A stretch of 64,000 nt of DNA from the human T2T-CHM13v2.0 reference genome, Homo sapiens: NCBI RefSeq assembly GCF_009914755.1, contig NC_060947.1; one strand, written 5' to 3'. The stretch's first letter is position 1; every line of letters starts with the position of its first letter. The position numbers and the translations under genes were made by a program. Shown here piece after piece: positions 37,678-55,907 of this stretch. The notes beneath the pieces were generated by a model. It saw only the letters and a program-made list of their open reading frames with translations. It did not search any database and had not been told where the DNA came from.

Positions 37678-37800
37678 CTTCACTAACCAATCTGCTCATC
37701 TGATCCGGCAGAAACACAGCAACTGACCAAACAGAGAGATGAACAAGCCAGCCAATGCTCTTTCCAGAAATTTTCACAAGCCTTTCACTGATGAGACCAG
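37678..37800 (-). other. TASL: Putative TASL exon 1 (TSS approximate)
   Basis: Strong minus-strand donor AAG|gtaaga (GT at 37677-37676); TATA-like element ~30 bp upstream of ~37800. Confidence 0.65.
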
Positions 37801-38010
37801 TAGACTGAGCTGCTCAGTGCAAAGCCATTCTTTTTATAATTGGTCCCATGGAAAAAGAGTTGTTTTTGTTCAAGTCCGATTTGTGCTAAAGAGGCAGTGG
37901 GAAGTCCCGGGAGGTGGGGAGGCAGTAACTGACAAAGCCACATCAAGCCACAGAATGGTGTTTCTTCCCCTTTTTCGAAAAATGAAACCTATCTACGAAA
38001 CTGTCTCTTA
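37800..38010 (-). promoter_or_regulatory. Putative TASL promoter: TATAAAAA (37831-37838), kB site GGGACTTCCC (37899-37908), RUNX-like TGTGGC x2, PU.1-like AAAAGGGGAAG (~37964-37974), IRF-like GAAAAATGAAACC (37977-37989)
   Basis: Motifs read directly in unique sequence just upstream of the exon 1 donor; function is inferred. Confidence 0.6.
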
Positions 38011-38231
38011 TTAAAATAGTTTATGGTTACACATTTTGTAAGAACCCTAGCAACAGAATTAAATTTCCTTTCTAGAAAAGTACATTATCTGGGATCCTTC
38101 ACCCAAAAGAAAGCCAAAGTCACATATGACTTTAGGAAATTCTGTTTCGTTACTAATCTATAATTTTTAAGAAGTATTATTTCTCAATGGTACTTATAAT
38201 TTTTAAAAATGTAAATGAAAAAAATTTTCTC

Positions 38232-38665
<434 letters not shown>

Positions 38666-38876
38666 TCAAATACAAATATTCATACCCTTTGACCCAACAA
38701 TTGTATTTTTTATAAATTTGTCCAAGCTATATGTTTACACTTGTACACAAAGACTTATGTGAAAAGATATTTGTTGCAGCATTGCTTGAGAAAATAAATG
38801 ACTAGAAAAAATTATATCCATAAATAAGATATTGGCCAAGTAAATGAGAACGTATGCATACTTAAAATCCTATGTA

Positions 38877-39183
38877 GGTTGTGTGCGGTGGCTCACGCCT
38901 GTAATCCTAGCACTTTGGGAGGCCGAGGCAGGTGGATCACTTGAGGTCAGAAGTTTGAGACCAGCCTGGCCAACATGGTGAAACCTTGTCTCTACTAAAA
39001 ATACAAAACTTAGCCACGCGTGGTGGTGGGCACCTGTAATCCCAGCTACTCGGAGGCTGAGGCATGAGAATCCCTTGAACCCGAGAGGTGGAGGTCACAG
39101 TGAGCTGAGATTGTGCCACTGCACTCCAGCCAGGGTGACAGAGCGAGACTCCATCTCAAAAAAAAAAAAAAAGAAAAAAAAAG
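38877..39183 (+). mobile_element. AluS
   Basis: Alu consensus. Confidence 0.93.
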
Positions 39184-39281
39184 ATCTCTAACATATATTG
39201 TTTAGCAAGAACTCATTTTCCAGTTTGTATTTTTAAGGAATACATGTATATACATGCTTATGTAATAGAATATTTCTTTTT

Positions 39282-40116
39282 AAAATTTTGTATTTTAATT
39301 TTTGTAGGTATACAGTAGGTGTATATATTTATGGGGTACATAAGATGTTTCGATACATGCATATGATGCATAATAATTACATCATGAAAAATGGGGTATC
39401 CATCCCCTCAAACATTTATCTTTTGTGTTACAAAAAATCTAATTATACTATTTTAGTTATACTAAAATGTAAAATTAAGTTATTATTCACTACAGTATCC
39501 CTGTTGTGCTATTAAATACTTTGTCTTATTCATTCTTTCTAACTAGTTTTTGCACCCATTAACCATCCCTACCTGCCCCACCAGCCCTCCACTACCCTTC
39601 CCAGCCTCTGGTAACCATGCTTCTACTCTCTATGTGCATGAGTTCAATTGTTTTGATTTTTAGATATCACAAATAAGTGAGAACATGTGATGTTTGACTT
39701 TCTGTTTCTGGCTTATTTCACTTAACATAATGACCTCTGGTTCCATCCATGTCGTTGCAAATGACAGGATCTTATTCTTTTTTGTGGCCGAATAGTACTC
39801 TATTGTGTATATGTATCACATTTTCTTTATCCATTTATCTGTTGATGGACACTGAAGTTGCTTCCAAATCTTAGCTATGGTGAACAGTGCTGCCACAAAC
39901 ATAGGAGTGCAGATATCTCTTCAATGTACTGATGTCCTTTCTTTTGGGTAGATACCCAGCAGTCCGATTGCTGGATCTTATGGTGGCTCAATTTTTAGTT
40001 TTTTGAGGAACCTCCAAAGTGTTCTCCATAGTGGTTGTACTAATTTACATTCCCACCAACAGTGTATGAGAGTTCCCTTTTCTCCCTATCCTCACCAGCA
40101 TTTGTTATAGCCTTTC
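39282..40116 (-). mobile_element. 5'-truncated L1MA with 16-bp TSD TAGAATATTTCTTTTT
   Basis: TSD at 39266-39281 and 40117-40132; L1MA 3'UTR and ORF2 end. Confidence 0.88.
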
Positions 40117-41698
40117 TAGAATATTTCTTTTTTTATGCTACACACAAGAAATCAGAAATAAGCAATTGTGTTTCAGGAACAAGACTCATTTTTCATTCTA
40201 TACCCTTTTGAAATTTCTGTGTGTATGTATTACTTTTTCATTTTAAAAACTAGTATTCTTAAGTCATATTTAACTTTGATTGTACGGCCCAAATGTATTA
40301 TAATCTATGTCTTTTCTGGAGGACAGACAAGTCTATCTGCAAATGGGTCAGTTCTTCTTGCCCAAAAGCAGAAAAATTAAGGGTTTCAAAATCATTTATC
40401 TGGTTTACCCTGACTGCTTCAAGTTAACCAACAAAGAATAAGCCTGCCCAAATCATAACTACTTCACTGTCTTTTTCTACCTAACTCCAATCAAAACTAA
40501 GTTCTATGGATACAAAAAACAAAACAAAACAAAACAAAGCAAAACAAAAAACAAAGCTAAGTTCCAAACTCTTAAGAGGTGAACATTTCCACTTAATGGG
40601 TTTGATTTTGTTTACTTTTGTTCAACGACTTATCTTAAAATGTCATATATTTTAAAGTATACTAGCATTTTTATTTTTGTTAGTCATGATTTTCTGCATT
40701 ATTTTTTCATGAAACATTACTTAAATCCACTTTAGAAGGCATGCTCTCATGTATGAGCCATGATAAGGACAGTTTCTCAACTAGTCCTGAATCTGACTTG
40801 ACCTACCATCACAGGAAACACCAGACTCATTGCCCCAGGGGCAAATTCAGTTACAGTGTAATCTTACAAAATCAGGTTCAGTGATGTCTTCAGGCATTTT
40901 TAGCTCATCAAGGATTTAGCTGTGATCAAGAGACCATAGCACCTGTAGGGCCAAACATTGATTTATTTCACTTTAGTGTTGCTTCATCCACAGTCATGAG
41001 ACACCGTAGAGTAGGTCTTACCTACCTCCAGAAACACTTTATGGTGGGTTACCAAGAACTCGCCTGGAAGTACAATGAAATAACCATTGTGGGGTGATTC
41101 CATCTTCTCCACGTTGTCTTAAGTCACACTTACTGTTTTATTCAAATACAATATGCAGAATTTTGATTATGCCCACTCTTGATTTTGTCTCTAAAGTTAC
41201 CCCTTTGATGGAAAAACCTCCTTTGCAGAAAAAAGATTCTGTAAGGAAAAAATGGGCACTATGCCAAGCTAACCTACTATTTCTACTATTTCTCATTTGA
41301 TAAAACCTGAGCATACAAAATCAGCTTTAAACAGCTTTTTCTTTACTGGTTAAAATAAAATAGAATTATATCCCTTGTAGCTGAAATCTTATAATATGAT
41401 TTTCTATTAATCTGCTGAATAGTAGGTAAAAGTTATTGCCTCGATATCTGTGCCTCTAAATGGACATTATTCCTATTATTCAATTACTTTTCCTGCTGTA
41501 CAAAACACCCTCCAAGTTATTTCCATTATGATAGCATCCCTCCTAGCTCACTCTCAATCCTCACCAGGTTTCCTCCACCCTGGCTACCCTCTATTCACCT
41601 CATAGTGCTCCTAGTAGCACTCTAAATTCCACAACAATATGTCTTTCTGTCACATCCTACTTGCCAATTTCCAGTCCCATATAAAACCATTATTGCCT

Positions 41699-42032
<334 letters not shown>

Positions 42033-42065
42033 TTAAGTATATATATATATAAGTATATATTAAGC

Positions 42066-42104
<39 letters not shown>

Positions 42105-42402
42105 ACAGACCAATCACAGATTTATTCCATCAGACTTCAACTATCTCAGGATAAATTATTTGTCTTTCTGAAGCATACTCTCTGACCACTCTCAATACTC
42201 AAATGACTCAACTAAACCTATTTTCTCAAAGTTACCAAAGCCCCTTAATCATCAAGTCTAATAGCCTTTATCTCAGCCTATATCCTCTTTGACATTTCTA
42301 TAGTATTTGACACTGTTCACTATTCCCTTCGCTTTTTCAATAGTTTGTTTCTTTAAAAAAATTATATACATGTTTTTAAAAACTGTAAGTGGTACAAAAA
42401 TA

Positions 42403-43002
42403 TAGTTTTGCATCATTTAACAACAGGGATACATTCTGAGAAATGCAGCATTTGGTGATTTCATTGTACGAATATCGCAGAGTGTACTTACACAAATCTA
42501 GATGGTAGAGCCTAGTGCACACCTACGCTATATGGTGTAGCCTATTGCTCCTAGGCTACAGACCTATACTGCATGTGACTGTACTGAATACTGTAGGCAA
42601 ATGTAACACAGTGGTAAGTATTTGTGTATCTAAACCTAACTAAACATAGAAAAGGTACAGTAGAAATATGGTATAAAAGATGAAAAGTGGTACAGCTGTA
42701 CAGGGCAATTGCCAAGAATAGAGGATACAGGACTTGAAGTTGCTCTGGGTGAGTAAGTGAGTGAGTGGTGAGTGAATGCAAAGGGCTCGGACATTACTGG
42801 GCACTACTGTAGACTTTATAAATACTGTGCAGTTAGGCTACACGTGTTTTATTTTTAAAATAAAATAATTGTTCTATGACATTATGACAGCTATGACGTC
42901 ATTAGGCAATAGGAATTTTTCAGCTCCATTATAACCTTATAGGACCACTGTCAGGTACACTGTCCATTGTTGACTGAAACGTCGTTATGCGGCACATGAC
43001 TG
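42403..43002 (+). mobile_element. Tigger3 (MER7/Golem) deletion derivative
   Basis: gggatacattctgagaaatgc... start and ...gaaacgtcgttatgcggcacatgactg terminus. Confidence 0.85.
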
Positions 43003-43463
43003 TCCAGTGAAAATTAAACCTCTCTTCCTATCTGATCTTTATCTCTCAGATCTCCTCCCCAAAGGCAATTGCTATTGTCAGCTCCTTGTGTATCAATCCA
43101 AAAATTATATATATCCTTCTTTGTATACAAATGGTAGGATACTACATGTGCTATTCTCTTACCTTTTTTGTATAATTTTTCACCATTAGTACTTGCTGAC
43201 TGACCTCATCCTTTTAAATAACTACTTAGACTTCCAGGTTTTGGATGTTCCAACAATAATGTATTTAACAAGTTCTTTATTGATGTAGCCCCACCTTTAG
43301 GAAGGTCACCACACCACCACCCAGTTGATATTGTGTCATTGCACACTACTACTTATAATTTTTGGATTCATGCACAAGAAGGTGACAATAGTGATTGCCT
43401 CTGGGGAGGAGATCTGAGAGACAAATGTCAGATAGGAAGAGAGGTTTAATTTTCACTAGACAG

Positions 43464-43762
43464 GGCCGGGCGCGGTGGCTCATGCCTGCAATCCCAGCAC
43501 TTCGGGAGGCTGAGGCAGGTGGATCATCTAGGTCAGGAGTTCAAGACCTGACTGGCCAACATGGTGAAACCCCATCTCTACTGCAAATACAAAAATTAGC
43601 CGGCCATGGTGGCGGGCGCCTGTAATCCTAGCTACTTGAGAGGCTGAGTCAGGAGAATCGCTTGAACTCAGGAGGTGGAGGTTGCAGTGAGCTGAGATGA
43701 CGCATTGCACTCCAGCCTGGGCAACAAGAGTGAAACTCTATCTCAAAATAATAATAATAATA
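43464..43762 (+). mobile_element. AluS inserted in the right arm of an inverted duplication
   Basis: Alu consensus; TSD AATTTTCACT..ACAG. Confidence 0.93.
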
Positions 43763-43777
43763 ATAATTTTCACTGTA

Positions 43778-43915
43778 CAGTCATGTGCTGCCTAACGACG
43801 TTTTGGTCAACAATAGACCGCATACATGACAGTGTACACCACAGTGGTCCTATAAGGTTATAATGGAGTTGAAAAATTCCTATTGCCTAGTGACATCATA
43901 GCTGTCATAACATCA
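43778..43915 (-). mobile_element. Tigger3 terminal fragment, inverted copy of 42877-43002
   Basis: Reverse complement matches the upstream Tigger3 end. Confidence 0.85.
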
Positions 43916-43945
43916 GAAATGCCTCTAAGAAAAGTGAACAAAACA

Positions 43946-44337
<392 letters not shown>

Positions 44338-45311
44338 TTAAAAACACAACCCTATTATCCCGTATTCACTTTCATAGTTTACCTTAGTAATTTTTATAAT
44401 CGCTATTGCCTGCAGACACAATTACAGTATTACATATAAGGTATTAATGCACTTCCTCTGCAGAAGATTAATTTTAATTGACGTTCTATAAAAATTAACA
44501 TGAACATATTAGAATTTAGGAACATGTTACATATCCCATAGGGTAAAATTAATATGACATTTAAAAATTCTTAGTTATACTTAAGTAGGTCTAATTTATA
44601 CCAAAGAAATCCATAAAGTAAGCTCTAGAGCAATGCTGCTTATCTTGAGGATGGGATGGCAGATTATAACTGCTTTATTAAGTACAACATTCTGAATTTC
44701 TATGAAGCTGTAATGGCTTCTTGTGCGCTAGAGATTTTGTTGTTTAGGATGTAATTGATTGTAATGTATACTGTCTGCTCTTGAATAACTCCCATTTTCC
44801 AACTCAGAGAGAGTTTCATTTCAGCATCAAATAATATGATTATGGCATTTGTAAAGTTTCTGAAGCATTTTTTAATTTTTTTCAGGTGAAAAATGATTTA
44901 TAATGAAATATGATATAAGTTAAAGGGGAAATTGAATGTAATCTCCATACGTTTTATTTTAAGGCCACATACAGTACATAGAATAGCTCCTCTTTTTTTG
45001 GCCATTACCCTTTAGTTGGCATTATACAGAGTCAGTAAAACAAATACCTGAATGCTGAAGGAATTGGCAGTCTCATGAAATGTTTTGATTTCTGCTTTCT
45101 AATTGTCACCCTTTGCTTTTACCTAACATTACCTGCTTTAACAATCTCGCAAAAATCTCTAACACCAAAACTCAAATCTCTATTATTAACTCTAAGGTAA
45201 ATCAACCCCTGGAAATACTTGACAGAGTTTTTACTACAAGGGCTTGTTTCTTTTAAGCCCGTTTTGACAAACTTCTGCCCCACTTCCCTCGTTTTTATAT
45301 TTTCCTTTTTT

Positions 45312-45480
45312 ATTTGTTTAATTTTATTATTATGATACTTTAAGTTTTAGGGTACATGTGTACAACGTGCAGTTTTGTTACATATGTATACAAGTGCCAT
45401 GTTGGTGTGCTGCACCCATTAACTTGTCATTTAGCATTAGGTATATCTCCTAATGCTATCCCTCCCCCCTCCCCCCACCC
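45312..45480 (-). mobile_element. Very short L1PA 3' end with TSD ATATTTTCCTTTTTT
   Basis: L1PA 3'UTR terminal ~170 bp; flanking repeat at ~45297 and 45481. Confidence 0.9.
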
Positions 45481-45918
45481 ATATTTTCCTTTTTTAACCT
45501 CTTATCCCTCTCCCCGTCTGATTTTCAGGTTTTGGGACACAGAGACACTTCCTCCTCAAGCCAAGATAATGCTTTATTCCTTCTATCATAAATTGATATT
45601 AAAGAGAAAACACTTGCTCTGTTTGATAGTTGAACAACTGAGAATTTTCATTGTACTTATGCTGTGTATTTACCTATTCTTTGAAGCTTGTACAAATGAG
45701 TATTTGTATGAACTCTGCCTTGGCCTCATAATAATTTACTTCTGTTAAGACCAGGAGGCCAAAGACTCAACCAAATTTGTACAGAATCTCAGTTTTCATA
45801 CATTGATTGTTATCCTAAACCCAAGTCTATCATTACCCTTACTGCTGTGTGCCTTTCAAAAGAAGAAAGGAAAAGGGAAAGTTGAATCTGCTGCTATTTC
45901 TTCTTGTTGGTGCTTCTG

Positions 45919-49918
<4,000 letters not shown>

Positions 49919-51418
49919 CTCTGTAAAGAACTAAATTAAATGAAAAAGACACATTAAACTAATAGGTTAACACTGTATTTTGAGGTAAGATATGGATTCT
50001 GTTTTCCTTAGCATCCTTTTCTCTGCATGTTTAGATAATTTGAACTATAACAGAAAGAATGAGCTTGGTAAACCTTCAACTCTAAAGATGATAGTGGGCT
50101 CCCCAAACCATCTCTCTCTTCCAACTTGACTGTTTTAGGACAGTGGCTCTCGAGAGCAAAGCTTCCAAGCAGTTTAAATATTGCTCTTTATACAAGCTTT
50201 TATGAAAAGTTTAGTTTCTGTCATCAAATAGTTGTTAGAAGTTCAGAGGTTCCTTTGTGAGAGCCAGTTGAACAGTTCTCAGACTTATATTCAGAGGTAA
50301 AAGAGCCTAGAAAAATTAAACCTGCATAATCTTGGTGTCCTCTAATCCCACGAGATTGTGCAATTTTGGCATATTTTTTAAGGAAAAGGGACGAGACACT
50401 CCAAAGCCAAGTGGTGGGATTTATACACCCCAGAGAAAGTTCCAAATTTTTTACAATTTACATTCTCTTTGGAAAGCTTCTTAGTTTTTATTTCCCCCCT
50501 TGATTCTATTTTTATCATGCCATAGCACTGGCTCATGTTAATAAAGACAGTCAGGGACACATGAGTCCTATGGAGGAGAAACTGGAACTTCAGTCCAAGT
50601 AACGTTATTTCACAAAGCAATGGAGAAGTGAAATTAGTGCCGTTGAGCCCTTAAGACTCCAGATTTCCTCTCTATGGAGAGGCTTCTGGGGTAGAAATTT
50701 TTCATCTCTGTCTCCAACTGACCACATCAAACCCCTCTTTGGGTCCTGTCCCTCTATGAGTAAAATTCAAGCAAATGTATATATCAGATTATAGATCGAA
50801 GAGCTAGTTTTGTTTAAGCAACTTCTGTCTATTTACAGGCACACATTTATAACAATAAAGCAATTCCTATTCTTTGTAATTCTTTCCCTTGCTCTGTAAC
50901 TCCTGGAGGTGAGAAGAACAATGCTTGAGGCTAATGAAAAACATCTTTCAAGATAAATTTTAAATTAATGAATCCCTCTACATTCACATTTAGTAGAAGT
51001 CAACTAATTAGTTTCAAAATTTAGAGCAAAAATAAATCCTTTCTATCAAGTCTCTTGAAGGGATTACTACGAAGCATATGACAATGCAAACTTTCTGTTG
51101 GGGGCTCATTATCAGAAATTCCCATCAAACAATGAGATAAGAATCTAATCTAATGAGAATCTAATCCAGTAGATGTAAGTGCTTAATTGTACAGATTCAT
51201 ATCAAATTGATTTACAAATCTCTTGGCTTTACTTTAAAATCTCTTAGACTTTAAGTACTCTTACCACAAAAAAAGAAAAGGAAAAAGGTAACTATGAGAT
51301 GCTAGGTATGTTAATTTGCTTGACTACAGTAATCACTATGTATATGTATATTAAGATCAATATATTAAAACATTATGCTGTACACTTTAAACATATACAA
51401 TAAGAATGGTCTTTTAAG

Positions 51419-51582
51419 ACAATGCTTCTCAAACTTTGACACGCATATGAATCACCTGGGAATCCTGTTTAAATCCAGATTCAGTAGATCTGGGGTGTGC
51501 CCTGACATTCTATATTTCTAACAATCTCCCATGGGATGGCAATGGTGCTCATCTGTGGAGGACTACACTTTGAGTAACAAGG
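51419..51582. mobile_element. MER5A-like
   Basis: caatgcttctcaaactttg...gaatcacctggg...cactttgagtaacaagg. Confidence 0.75.
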
Positions 51583-51629
51583 TTTCAAGGCACCTACGTT
51601 CTGCATCTTAAGCCTTTATATAGCAAAAG

Positions 51630-51860
51630 CTCTTATTTGCAGAATGCCTACTATACGTGCATTATAGACTAAAAGGTTTGATTTATGTCATTTAATCCTC
51701 AAAATAATCCTATAGAGCATGTTTGATTATTTTTTAAAATAAGAAAAGTTTGGATTTCAGAGAGGCTAATTACTTTGTCCAAAGTCACACAGGAAGTCAG
51801 GGCCAGGAATTTGGACCCAGGCTTTTCTGACTCCAAAGCCAGAGGACTATTCTCTATGTA
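51630..51860 (-). mobile_element. MIR
   Basis: MIR core ttcagagaggctaa...tccaaagtcacacag. Confidence 0.7.
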
Positions 51861-52520
51861 TTATATACAACATCTAGTACACAGCGTTTTGAGACAGAGA
51901 TGAGAAAAACTTCCTACCATTCAGAATCAACAGTACAATGGCAGAAATCAGACAAATATGTAAAAAGATAAATTACAGTTTTTAAAGGTATTGTGCAAGT
52001 ATCAAAGAAGTATAGATTACTGAGTTAATTAAATAGTAATAGGATAGGAAAGGATAAAATTAATATATTTCTGTACAATTACTTTGGATTAACTCTCATT
52101 AATCTACCTCTTGATGGAAGAAGTGGACAACTGTGGGCATTCTAACAACTGCCACATGTAGGTAACAGTGAGGAGGCCGTTGGAACTTTTCTGTGAGTTG
52201 GGGCTGGGGAAGGGAGAGGGATTTCCAAAGTCCCTTCAACATCTCCGCTTAAATGATTATGCAATTCAAATTTTGAACTTGTCATTTAAAAATAATTTAT
52301 ATAAATTACCTGCTCGTGGTTTAAAATATATATAATGGTACAGAGCTATAAAGAAAAAAGTCTTCTCCCCTAACTCCCTTATTTCCACTTTCCAAAGGAA
52401 AACATTGTTTTCAATTTTATGTGTATCTTTTCTGGAAGAACTAAGTTTTTCTTACAATTTTTACAATTTTCAATGTGAGCCTTGTTGAACACAAGTTACC
52501 TTAAAGAAATGTTCCATATA

Positions 52521-52818
52521 GGCCAGGCTCGGTGACTCACGCCTGTCATCCCAGCACTTTGGGAGGCCGAGGCGGGTGGATCACCTGAGGTCAGGAGTTC
52601 AAGACCAGCCTGGCCAACATGGTGAAACCCCATCTCTACTAAAAATACAAAAATTAACCGGGCGTGGTGGTGTGCGCCTATAGTCCCAGTACTGGAGAAG
52701 CTGAGACAGGAGAATTGCTTTTGAACCTGGGAGGCGGAGGTTGCAGTGAGCCAAGATCACACCACAGTACTCCAGCCTGGGCAACAAAGTGAGAATCCGT
52801 CTCAAAAGAAAAAAAAAG
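52521..52818 (+). mobile_element. AluSx-like
   Basis: Alu consensus; TSD AAAGAAATG.TCCAT.TA. Confidence 0.95.
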
Positions 52819-53854
52819 AAATGCTCCATGTAGAATTATAGAATTTTTGTACCTTTTTAACATCGAGATCTAGACTTGATCACTACTTTATTCAATTCAG
52901 AAACTACTTATTGAGCATTTATTAAGGGCCAGGTATTAGGCATTTTATACATAAAAACCACTAAGGTTTGATTTCTACCTCCAAAAGGCTCGTAGTTCAG
53001 GGACTTCTCTGATCAGGAAAAAAAAAATGACTGTGGTGTTGCAGACAGGAAATTACTATTTAATACTGACAGTGCCTTCTTCCTGTTTCACCAGAAGAGA
53101 AAAAGTCGGAATTTGAGGATATATTCTATTCGGGCAAGTTTCACTTCTCAAGTGATTCCCATAAACCCCTTTCTAGTCTGCACTCCAAGGTAATCCATTT
53201 GAACCTCTCCTTGGGTCTATTTTCCTTCTTGCAATTCATGAGGACATGTTTTTTTGTATTTACAAAGCTTTTATCTGAATTACAAGATGATCAAGTCAGA
53301 AAAACTGGTTCTTTCTGGTCCTCTGACGTAGGTCCCTCTGAACATTTAAGGTGAAGAGTCAGCTGCCCATGCAGAATTCATTCATTTACCCAACTCAAAT
53401 TCATAAAGTGCCCCCCACAAAACTGTGAAATTTGAGTTGCCTGGACAAGAGACCTTCCACACGAGAATAGTGCCTTGTCAAACAACTAACTACTGTGTCT
53501 TTATACTTTCAAAACTTTAAGTTTTAAAGCCATTTCTGCAGCAAAATCTCACATTAAAAGATAGGTTTTAAGGCATATACTCCAAACTTCTGTGGGTCGA
53601 ATTTAGTTGAATAATGCCTTTGTTAGCAACTAATGAGCCTGTCATCAAGAATGAGGAAGTTGGGAAGAGAAAGGTGGAATGTTTCCCAAATTATCTCATT
53701 TTAAGAATCACCTGATGTGCTTATTAAATATGCAGATTTTCTAGGCCCTTCCCCTGGAGATTTGGTTCATTAGATTTGGACCTGGGACTGCCACATTTAA
53801 CAACTGCCTCAGAAGATTCTTACGATTAGACTACCCTACAGCAATAGTTTTTAA

Positions 53855-54076
<222 letters not shown>

Positions 54077-54205
54077 TAATACCTGGGTTGCAAACACAAA
54101 TACTCTAATTTATCTGGGTTGGTGCCAAGCATTGGTCATTTTTTAAAGTTCCCTAGGTGATTCTAGTGTTGAGCCATTCTAGTGTTCAGAAATAATGATC
54201 TAAAG

Positions 54206-55907
54206 TAGCAGTTATAAAACGTTTTGGTGTCAGGATTCCTTTACACACTTGAAAATTGTGGAGAGTGGTGCGTGCCTTCAGTCCCAGTTACTTGGGAGGC
54301 TGAGGCAGGAGGATTGCTTAAGCCCAGGAGTTCAAGGCTGCAGTGAGCTACGACTACACCTGTGAATAGTCACTGCACTCAACAAGCAAGACCCTGTCTA
54401 TAAAGAAACAAAACAAGCAAACAAAATTATGGAGAATTTCAAAGAGCTCTTATGTGGGTTATATTGATATTGTCCATAAGCAAAATTAAAACTAAGAAAT
54501 TTTGAAACATTTATTGGCCCATTTAATAATTATAATAATAGACCCATTATGTGGTAATATAAATAATGTACTTTTGATTTAAAAATTATTTTTCAAAAAA
54601 ATTAACGAGAAGAGTAGCATCCTTTTCTATTTCTACAAATCTCTTTAACACCTGGCTTATAGAAGACAATTAGTTTCTGCATTTAATCTATTGGGATAAG
54701 CTGTTTTGATTGAAGAATTCTACTTGAAGTATATGAAGAAAATCCAGCCTCTCAGAAATATGCTGTTGAAAAAGGAAAGAGTGTGTTAAAAGCTTTTCAG
54801 ATAACTGTGGATATTCCTCTTGGACACAACACCAAAACTTGACAAGTGACAATTTCTTAAAGGTTGCTTGTAATGTGGAACAGAAAGTATATTATGAACT
54901 TCTTGTACTTCATTATATTAAAACCCATTGATCCATCTTATACTTTTAATGCATCATTTACTCATGCAAGATTTTATATCATACATTGGTCATTTGAAAA
55001 AATATCAGTTCCCTGAGTTATGCAGCCCTTCCAAATGCTGGCACATTTCCTACTGTATAATATCAAAACATCACATTTGTTAATATCACAACCAGTCTCA
55101 TCAGGAGAGTCAGTAGGTACTGAGATGCTGTCAAAATCCCAATAGTGGAATAGGTTTTTCAAAATTGTAATATTCATTTGAACACTTGAGTTTCATTGTT
55201 GGCCACATATATACTGTCAGTTGTTTTCCTTGAAGTGACAAACAGACTTCATTCATTTTCAAGCAAATGTTTGCCAGATCTCCAAGTCTGAAAAACCATG
55301 GTTTGCCAGTTGCTCTTTGGAGTAAAAATAGTGTTTCACGAGAAAAGCCACTAGTTAAGCCATCAACCCAATCACTCAAATGCTTTTCCTGGCGGCATCT
55401 ATTCTACTTCAGTGTGCAGCGGAAGTGCTTTATGCATGCCTCATATTTCATTGCAGGGAAGTTTTTTAAGTGTACTTGAGTCAAGATTTAATAAAATTAA
55501 TAATTCTTGCTGTTTCATCAAGGACATTCTTAAATGAGAGAGGCTTTTAAATTTTTTTAAATTTTTTAACTTTATTTTTTATATTATATTATATTTTATT
55601 TTATTTTATTGAGATGGAGTCCCACTCTGTCGCCAGGTGGAGTGCAGTGGCACGATCTCTGCTCACTGCAACCTGTGAGTTTAAAACTGTGAGTGTGTGG
55701 GGATGAAAAATACAATGACTACTAGTAAAGTTTAGCACCACTGCCTTGATACACGCTAAGGAGTCGGAATTTTGTTTATTGCTTTTGCACCACCAGTGCA
55801 ATCGTTAATACAGTGAAAAAGGAAAACAGCATCTTGGTATTATTACGAGAATGTTTTGATATGGACTCCCCTGAAATGCCTTGGGAAGCACACTTTGAGA
55901 ACTGCTG
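54206..55907 (-). mobile_element. Charlie1-type hAT element with nested FLAM (54265-54400) and Alu fragment (~55560-55673)
   Basis: Charlie1-like ends (...cacactttgagaactgctg) and a degenerate transposase (LANICLKMNEVCLSLQGKQLTV) on the minus strand. Confidence 0.75.
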
